DNA from: Candidatus Sigynarchaeum calidifontis
GTDB taxonomy: Archaea > Asgardarchaeota > Lokiarchaeia > Sigyniarchaeales > Sigyniarchaeaceae
Assembly: GCA_030587475.2 (NCBI GenBank)
Contig: JAUQYZ020000133.1
Location: 1-25,746, forward strand
Reading direction: 5' to 3'
DNA: 25,746 nucleotides
The notes below the pieces were generated by a model. That model saw nothing but the letters and a program-made list of their open reading frames with translations, was not told the origin of the DNA and did no database searches. Below are positions 18,305 through 24,059 of the stretch, one piece after another. Every line of letters starts with the position of its first letter. Positions within the stretch are counted from its first letter, which is position 1. Made by a program: the position numbers and the translations under genes.

Positions 18305-19378
18305 TTACATGATGCGCCGGCATGAAGCCAAGGCGATCGAAATCGTGTGGTCTAGAATCTTCGACATGATATCCAAAAGAATTTGATATCCCGTGTATGG
18401 CGTCGTCGCGCTGAGGTCGTCGATCATGTTCTCTATATCACGCTTTTTCTGCTCGATGGATGGTGCTGTTTTGATCACGTAAACTGCATCCTTTTTTGTC
18501 TTGAAAAGAAAAGAATCCACGCCTTTCTTGAAAAGTTGGTAGACATTTTCCATGAAGACAACCACTTCTGCTATTACTTTCTTGTCCGGATCCTTTTTCT
18601 TGTTCGCCATGGCATTGAAAGCGAATTCCAGATCAGCCGCAACGCCAGAAATGTCGGTTATGTAGAACGCGGTGTCAACGGTATCCTGGGCGGAGAGTCC
18701 CATGCGTGCCAAGTTGGTTGGTACGAGCAAGCCTTTCCGCAGCTCCCGCAAGATACGAAGGAAATACTTGCGCACTTGCTTGTTGGAGATGCGCAGCGAG
18801 TCAATGCGCGAGGTATAGTCCCCCTCCCTGACGACATCGATCGTGTTCTGAAACAAGTCCACGGTCGTGTCTGCAATGATCTTGACCAGCACGTCCACAT
18901 TCGTCTCGTGGATGTTCATGATGTCCTGGATCTTGATTTTCGTTGACAATAGGGATGTTATCTCGAGGCCGAGCAGCGACTGGACGACCTCTTGCACCTT
19001 GAGAGTGAACTTGGTGGGGAACTTGTCCACGCCTTTACCCTCTTTTCTTTCTATGATGATGACGTCGTTCCCGTCCAGGTACTTGACAGTGATTTCCAGT
19101 TCGACCAGGTCCATGTCCTCGATGTCATCTGCGGAGAAGTATATAGTGGACTCGAAACGCGGCCGTTCGGTACCGAGCGTGAGGGGGCTTACCAACAGCG
19201 AGCCATCCTGGTTTTCCATGATGCAAACTTCGCTGTCCTTGTTTAGTTGAAATTTTTTGACCCAATTGCGAGGTAGGCTCATGATCAAGGTCTCGGAAGA
19301 GCCCCACTTGACCAGTTTCCTCGATTCAGATGCTTTTTTACCATCGCTATCGTCCCCGAAATCTTCCTTTTTCGACAT
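18305..19378 (-). CDS. Archaeal phosphate-uptake regulator type protein (AbrB-like N-terminal domain plus PhoU-like helical repeats)
   Basis: ESRKLVKWGSSETLIMSLPRNWVK...QDGSLLVSP (AbrB/SpoVT), YLDGNDVIII, LLGLEIT, and helical repeats ending ILDHTISIA. Confidence 0.88.
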   Translation of the reverse strand: MSKKEDFGDDSDGKKASESRKLVKWGSSETLIMSLPRNWVKKFQLNKDSEVCIMENQDGSLLVSPLTLGTERPRFESTIYFSADDIEDMDLVELEITVKYLDGNDVIIIERKEGKGVDKFPTKFTLKVQEVVQSLLGLEITSLLSTKIKIQDIMNIHETNVDVLVKIIADTTVDLFQNTIDVVREGDYTSRIDSLRISNKQVRKYFLRILRELRKGLLVPTNLARMGLSAQDTVDTAFYITDISGVAADLEFAFNAMANKKKDPDKKVIAEVVVFMENVYQLFKKGVDSFLFKTKKDAVYVIKTAPSIEQKKRDIENMIDDLSATTPYTGYQILLDIMSKILDHTISIALASCRRIM

Positions 19379-19500
19379 TTGTTTCGCCTTGACAATCGCG
19401 TTATTACTCTACTTTTTAATGGTTTTGCCCGGCAAACCGGGAAAAAGATTGGAGTTGTCAAGAATGTGTAGAAGTGAAACCGCGATAGGAACGCACCGTT

Positions 19501-20535
19501 TTACCCGCGTAATACCACTTTACCGAACTGGCTTGCTTGCAAGAGATAGTCTTCCGCCTGGCGGGCTTGATCGAGGGGAAACACCTTGTCGATAACGGGA
19601 TCGATCTTGCTCGCGAACACCAGGCGCATCACGTCCCTGAATTCCTTCTGATTGCTCATGGTCGACCCGATGATCTCGAGCTGCTTCCAGAACACCTGGC
19701 GCAGGTCCAATTCCGTGGAGGGTCCCGTTGTCGCGCCGCACGAAACCAGGCGCCCGCCTGGCCGGAGCAAGCGCACGCTCGTCGCGAAGGTGCGAGCCCC
19801 GACGCTGTCCACGACGACATCGACTCCACGCTTGCCTGTCAAGTCCTTGAACACGAGGGTACCATAGTCTTGCGTTGATCGGTAGTCGATCACGTGATCC
19901 GCGCCGAGCATCCTTGCTTTTTCAGCTTTTTCTGGGGAGCTCGTCGTCGTGATGACCGTTGCACCCAGATATTTCGCGATCTGGATGGCTGCTGTAGACA
20001 CGCCGCCGCCGGCACCGTGAACGAACACTATCTCGCCTGGCCGCACCCTCGCCCGGGAAACGAGCATCCTCCACGCGGTGAGAAACACGAGAGGTGCCGC
20101 AGCTGCTTTGTCCAGGGGATAGCTTGCGGGCACTTTCAAGGCATTCGCCTCGGGAACCGTGAAATATTCGGCGAACGTACCGGCTTGGTGCTCTCCCTTT
20201 ATCGAGAACGATTTGCAGAAGTTCTGCTCGCCGGCAAGGCAAGCTTCGCACTTCCCGCAGCTTAATCCCGGGTTTATCGTCACTGCTTCCCCAACCTGGA
20301 ATTGCGTGACCCCGGGCCCGAGGTCTTCGATGATTCCTGAACCATCACTACCCAAGACGTGCGGCATCTTCAAATCAAGCCCTGGCCATCCTTTCATGAC
20401 GAAATAATCGAGGTGGTTCAGCGCTGCAAACTTCATGTGGACGAGTATCTCACCATGAACTGGTTTCGGGGGTTCTAGGTCATGAATCTCTATCTCGGCA
20501 AGCTCGCCGTGCTTGTTGATTGCTGCTGCTTTCAT
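19501..20535 (-). CDS. Zn-binding medium-chain dehydrogenase / quinone oxidoreductase
   Basis: Start MKAAAINKHG. Contains ALNHLD, LGSDGSG, structural Zn site CGKCEAC...C, FLTAWRML, GAGGGV and FGKVVL. Confidence 0.93.
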   Translation of the reverse strand: MKAAAINKHGELAEIEIHDLEPPKPVHGEILVHMKFAALNHLDYFVMKGWPGLDLKMPHVLGSDGSGIIEDLGPGVTQFQVGEAVTINPGLSCGKCEACLAGEQNFCKSFSIKGEHQAGTFAEYFTVPEANALKVPASYPLDKAAAAPLVFLTAWRMLVSRARVRPGEIVFVHGAGGGVSTAAIQIAKYLGATVITTTSSPEKAEKARMLGADHVIDYRSTQDYGTLVFKDLTGKRGVDVVVDSVGARTFATSVRLLRPGGRLVSCGATTGPSTELDLRQVFWKQLEIIGSTMSNQKEFRDVMRLVFASKIDPVIDKVFPLDQARQAEDYLLQASQFGKVVLRG

Positions 20536-20630
20536 GAGTGGCCCTCGCGTCGGCCACATACAAAAGGAGATTGGTTATCGTATATTCTCCAGATTCATCG
20601 CGAGCCAGTTCCTTGAGTAGCCCCGCGTTG

Positions 20631-21035
20631 ATGCGTTTGAACTCCTACGCGTGCGCGTGCGTGATATGGGGCTGCGCTGGTTTCGTGAGCCTCCTCATCT
20701 TGAACCATGGCGTGGGCAAGCCACATAGCTTTTCCACGAACTTCACGTATGCGAGCTTCGGCGCGAGCACCGTGTTCATGTTGCCCGCTCTGATACTAAA
20801 ATCGCGGCTCACGCGCTCGTGGCCGAGATGGTGGCAGATCCTCGTTATCTACGCGCAGCTGATCGGCATTCTGGGAATTGCCTTGCTTTTCACGGAAACG
20901 GACGTGTTCTCGGGGGCGGGCATCGACCCGGCATTCTTCGCGAACAAGTTCTGGGATTGGATGTACACCTTCGCGATTATTGGTTGGCTCGTCGAGATCG
21001 CGCTCGTCATGCCAAGGTGGACGAAGGGATCGTGA
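20631..21035 (+). CDS. Hypothetical 4-TM membrane protein
   Basis: Four hydrophobic segments. ATG 20631 leaves room for a divergent promoter shared with the oxidoreductase. Confidence 0.65.
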   Translation: MRLNSYACACVIWGCAGFVSLLILNHGVGKPHSFSTNFTYASFGASTVFMLPALILKSRLTRSWPRWWQILVIYAQLIGILGIALLFTETDVFSGAGIDPAFFANKFWDWMYTFAIIGWLVEIALVMPRWTKGS

Positions 21036-21042
21036 TAATTGT

Positions 21043-21052
21043 AAAAACAAAA
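21043..21052 (-). terminator. Oligo-T terminator of the tRNA gene
   Basis: TTTTGTTTTT immediately follows the encoded CCA on the minus strand. Confidence 0.6.
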
Positions 21053-21190
21053 TGGTAGGGAAGGCGGGCTTTTCACATGAACTCTAAACGAGTTAACATC
21101 ATTCGAACCCGCGGCCGCCCGGTCCCTTCGGCGCCTTTTTTCAACAAACTAGGCCAAACCGGGAATCATACCAGGCTAGACCACTTCCCT
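21053..21190 (-). tRNA. tRNA-Pro(UGG) with two introns (21155-21127 at 34/35; 21101-21070 at 59/60) and encoded CCA
   Basis: The minus strand reads AGGGAAG TG GTCT AGCCTGGTA TGAT T CCCGG TTT [29-nt intron] GGGA CCGGG CGGCC GCGGG TTCGAA [32-nt intron] G CCCGC CTTCCCT A CCA. It has a perfect 7-bp acceptor, 5-bp anticodon and 5-bp T stems, U8, G18G19, TTCGA and G37. The mature length is 77 nt. Confidence 0.93.
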
Positions 21191-21364
21191 TTTCATGAGA
21201 ATGCATTTTTGGTGAAAGATAGCAGAGAGTCCATTTCTTCATTGAAAGTTGGCAAGGTACGCCTTTTGTACATTCGATTATAAGATCGAATGAATACAAT
21301 GAAATAAAAGCATCGTCGCGAGGTTTCTGTAAGGGACGGTAGACAAGATTTCAAGCCGAAACAC

Positions 21365-22069
21365 TCAATCTTTCTGCACGAGGCCGTGCACCTTGAAATA
21401 CTCGTCGAACATCGTGTATTGCGCGTCGGTGACCCACTTGTTGGCCTTGCACGTCTTCATGACCTGGTCCATCCGCAAGACCGCGTACACGTCGATCTGC
21501 TGGCGGATCTCCAGGGCACCCTCGAACCGGTCCAGCACGGCAACGACCGCGATGAACTTCAAGTTCTTGAAGCCCGTCGCCGTCTCGATCTGCTCCTTGG
21601 CCTCGAGCTTCGTGGCACCGCTCGTGATCACGTCGTCGAGGATGATGATGCTGTCCCCGTCTTGCAAATCGCCCATCATGAAGGTGTCGTCTTTATCGCC
21701 GTGGAGCTTTGCCTCCTTCCGATTGAAGCCCCAGCGCACGTTGATGTTGAATTTCTCGTAGAGCGCGAAGGCCGTGGCGGTCGCGAGCGGGATGCCCTTG
21801 TATGCAGGGCCGAAGATGAAGAGTTTCGATGGATCGACACGTCTATCTTCCGGAAGCGATTTTTCGAGGAAATTAGCATACACGTAGCCAGCGAGTGACA
21901 TGCCGATGGAGGCAACGCCCTCGGCGGTTTTCAAAGCCTTTGCCATGTTGATGTAATACGGGGATTTCACGCCACTCTTCAACGTGAACTCGCCGAAGAG
22001 CAGCGCCTTTTGATCGATGAGGAGCTTTATCAATTCCTCCGTTCTCAAGAACGCGACCTTGTTCTGCAT
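21365..22069 (-). CDS. pyrE: Orotate phosphoribosyltransferase
   Basis: Start MQNKVAF at 22069. Contains FGEFTLKSGVKSPYYIN, FGPAYKGIPLA, FNRKEAKLHG, the PRPP-binding IIILDDVITSG, and VLDR. Confidence 0.95.
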   Translation of the reverse strand: MQNKVAFLRTEELIKLLIDQKALLFGEFTLKSGVKSPYYINMAKALKTAEGVASIGMSLAGYVYANFLEKSLPEDRRVDPSKLFIFGPAYKGIPLATATAFALYEKFNINVRWGFNRKEAKLHGDKDDTFMMGDLQDGDSIIILDDVITSGATKLEAKEQIETATGFKNLKFIAVVAVLDRFEGALEIRQQIDVYAVLRMDQVMKTCKANKWVTDAQYTMFDEYFKVHGLVQKD

Positions 22070-22160
22070 GTGCTGACCTCGTTTTTCCCTGGGCGAGAAC
22101 CCGCCGTCCCGCGTCGGAAAGCGCCAATTCCGTGGCGTGAGACGTCCCGGCGGGGTCAGT
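22070..22160 (-). promoter_or_regulatory. Structured 5' leader of pyrE (candidate cis-regulatory RNA)
   Basis: Nested complementary segments CUGACC/GGUCAG, CCGCCG/CGGCGG, CGUC/GACG and CGCCA/UGGCG lie between a TATA box and the start codon. Confidence 0.5.
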
Positions 22161-22176
22161 GTAAATAAATAGAAGG

Positions 22177-22185
22177 CATATAAAA
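22177..22185 (-). promoter_or_regulatory. TATA box for pyrE
   Basis: TTTTATATG on the minus strand in an AT-rich island, about 20-25 nt upstream of the first nucleotide of the structured leader. Confidence 0.55.
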
Positions 22186-22381
22186 CGATTCCATGCGCTT
22201 TCCTCGCAACGCCCCGTGTTTCAAGATGCCAATTCCGGCCCCGATCCCGCTGCATTTCGTAACACGAGTCATCCATCCAGCGCCGGCTTCGCAGCGGGCA
22301 TGGCCGCCACGGAGGTCGCGCTATCCCGGCGAAAACTTGTAATGCGCCGGATCAATAGAGGGCGGTGGTGATACCACACCC

Positions 22382-23173
22382 ATGAACATCCAAATCAGTC
22401 TGACCCCCAGCGAGGGGAAACGGCTCATTGCCAAGGGTGTCTTGGAATACCTCAAGGATCGCATCGAAGGCGGGAACACGATCCTCGTCACGCGCGGTTC
22501 CACGAACGCTTATGTCCTGGAGGAGCTGCTCAAGTACATCGGGGCGCCCGCCGATTTCAACAAGGCGGATTTCATCACGGGCGAGATACTCGCCGAGGGA
22601 AACAATCGCCTCTGGGCGAACAAGAAGCGGAAGCCAGAGGTCGTTTTCAAGGGAAAGACCACGAGGGACATCAAGGACGATGCCGACCGGCTCGTGACCG
22701 TCCAGCGAATGAAGGCAGGTGACGTGGTCGTCAAGGGTGCCAACGCGATCGATCACAAGGGTACCGTGGGCGTGCTGGTCGGCGACACGAAGGCAGGCGG
22801 CACGATTGGTTCCCTGATCGGCCCGATCAAGGCAAAAGGAGTCGAGCTAGTCGTCCCCATCGGTCTCGAGAAGATGGTATGGGGCGAGATAGACGGGACT
22901 AGCCAGATGGCAGGTGCCGATTTTTCTTACTGGAGCCAGGGTATGGGCGTAGGCATTTTCCCCGTGTCAGCGACCGTGATCACCGAGATCGACGCCATCG
23001 AAATGTTATTCGATGTCGAGGCGTTCCACCTGGCGAGCGGGGGCCTTGCAGCCGCGCAAGGCTCGATCGTGCTGCTGATCGAGGGCGAGGAAGAAGAGCT
23101 CGAAAAATGCAAGGCGTTCCTCGACAAGGACGTCTTTGGTGAAAAGCAGCTCCAACCCAATCCCGTGGAATGA
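22382..23173 (+). CDS. Conserved hypothetical protein (possible NagB/RpiA/CoA-transferase-like fold)
   Basis: 263 aa with RBS GGTGGTGA. Motifs LTPSEGKRLIAKG, GSTNAYV, GDVVVKGANAID, GGTIG, VPIGLEK, ITEIDAI and ASGG. Confidence 0.8.
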   Translation: MNIQISLTPSEGKRLIAKGVLEYLKDRIEGGNTILVTRGSTNAYVLEELLKYIGAPADFNKADFITGEILAEGNNRLWANKKRKPEVVFKGKTTRDIKDDADRLVTVQRMKAGDVVVKGANAIDHKGTVGVLVGDTKAGGTIGSLIGPIKAKGVELVVPIGLEKMVWGEIDGTSQMAGADFSYWSQGMGVGIFPVSATVITEIDAIEMLFDVEAFHLASGGLAAAQGSIVLLIEGEEEELEKCKAFLDKDVFGEKQLQPNPVE

Positions 23174-23268
23174 TGGGACGCCCGAGACGCCAGATTAAGC
23201 CCGCGATAGGTATTTAAGCCTTTTTTTGAGATCAGTAATCACTCAACAAAATTTTGAGGTGAAATTGA

Positions 23269-23676
23269 ATGCCACTGTTCCTATCCCAAGAATGGGTTGA
23301 CGCATATACAACGGAGCTAAATAAAAGCACTGCCTACGAAGAGGCCGCGAAGACCTGGGAAGGCGATTTCGTGTTCATCGGCAGGGATGATAAAACGAAG
23401 GAGATCGTGATGGCCGCGTATTTCGACCTCTGGCACGGGAAGTGTCGCAAGGCCTACAAGATCGACGATCTCAAGAACTTGCCGAAATCCGAGTTCGTCT
23501 ACGATGGTCCTATCTCCAATTGGAAAAAAGTGTTGTCGAAAGAACTGGACCCGATCCAGGGGCTCATGAGCGGGAAATTCAAGCTAACAGGAAACATGTC
23601 GAAAGTAATGAGGGCCGTGAAGGCCGCGCAAGAGCTCGTGAATACGACGATGAAAATCAAGACCGAATGGCCTTGA
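23269..23676 (+). CDS. SCP2 sterol/lipid-binding domain protein
   Basis: FLSQEW N-terminus, WEGD, DLWHGKC, and WKKV...LDPIQGLMSGKFKLTGNMSKVMR. TATTTAAG at about 23211 and RBS GAGGTGA lie upstream. Confidence 0.92.
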   Translation: MPLFLSQEWVDAYTTELNKSTAYEEAAKTWEGDFVFIGRDDKTKEIVMAAYFDLWHGKCRKAYKIDDLKNLPKSEFVYDGPISNWKKVLSKELDPIQGLMSGKFKLTGNMSKVMRAVKAAQELVNTTMKIKTEWP

Positions 23677-24035
23677 TGAACAAGGAATTATCTTCCTTTC
23701 CCTTTTTAAAATTGGCTTCGGGTAATTCGGACTTGAGCGTTGATTTAACAGGTACGTGGCGCGCCACGAGCGATGTTATCAACGTGCTAGTGCTTCGATC
23801 GGATGGCTCGTGCCTTGTCGACGGCACGCCGGCACGGTGGCAAGCCGTTGGTGACGAGATCTGGCTTTTCGACAGCAACAACCGCATAGGCACCAAGTGG
23901 AAATTTTCTTTTGAAGGAAACGACACTCTCTTTTTTTCTCGTCCAGAGGACTTTAAATATCTCGGTGGCACGAGCTATATTTACTTCCAGATGATCGATC
24001 CTGGCGCGATTATCAGGTTCGACCGTGAAAAATGA
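23676..24035 (+). CDS. Small lipocalin-like beta-barrel protein
   Basis: ATG overlaps the SCP2 stop (TGATG); 119 aa. LTGTW (GxW) motif, L.SDGS, W...GDEIWL and F..EGNDTL. Confidence 0.65.
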   Translation: MNKELSSFPFLKLASGNSDLSVDLTGTWRATSDVINVLVLRSDGSCLVDGTPARWQAVGDEIWLFDSNNRIGTKWKFSFEGNDTLFFSRPEDFKYLGGTSYIYFQMIDPGAIIRFDREK

Positions 24036-24059
24036 AAATTGCAGGAAACGGCTCATGGC

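Noticed and set aside
21123-21160. Alternative tRNA identities: anticodon AGG (cut at 33/34), Gln(UUG) suggested by A1:U72, or a canonical 37/38 intron
   Set aside because: The 33/34 and 37/38 cuts do not give a 4-bp BHB central helix, and 37/38 yields C37. With the CCCGG/CCGGG stem the 7-nt loop is UU-UGG-GA, which is Pro and not Gln.
21077-21283. 68-aa plus-strand ORF
   Set aside because: It is antisense to the intron-containing tRNA gene and has no protein features.
22081-22160. Known motifs (ykkC/PRPP riboswitch, PyrR site, SECIS) as the explanation for the pyrE leader
   Set aside because: I could not see their consensus sequences by eye, and no in-frame UGA selenoprotein candidate is adjacent.
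22070-22276. 69-aa N-terminal extension of PyrE in the ORF track
   Set aside because: It runs through the TATA box and structured leader, and OPRTase similarity begins only after Met at 22069.
23442-23675. N-terminal part of the 197-aa ORF
   Set aside because: It overlaps SCP2 in another frame. The TGATG junction supports a start at 23676.
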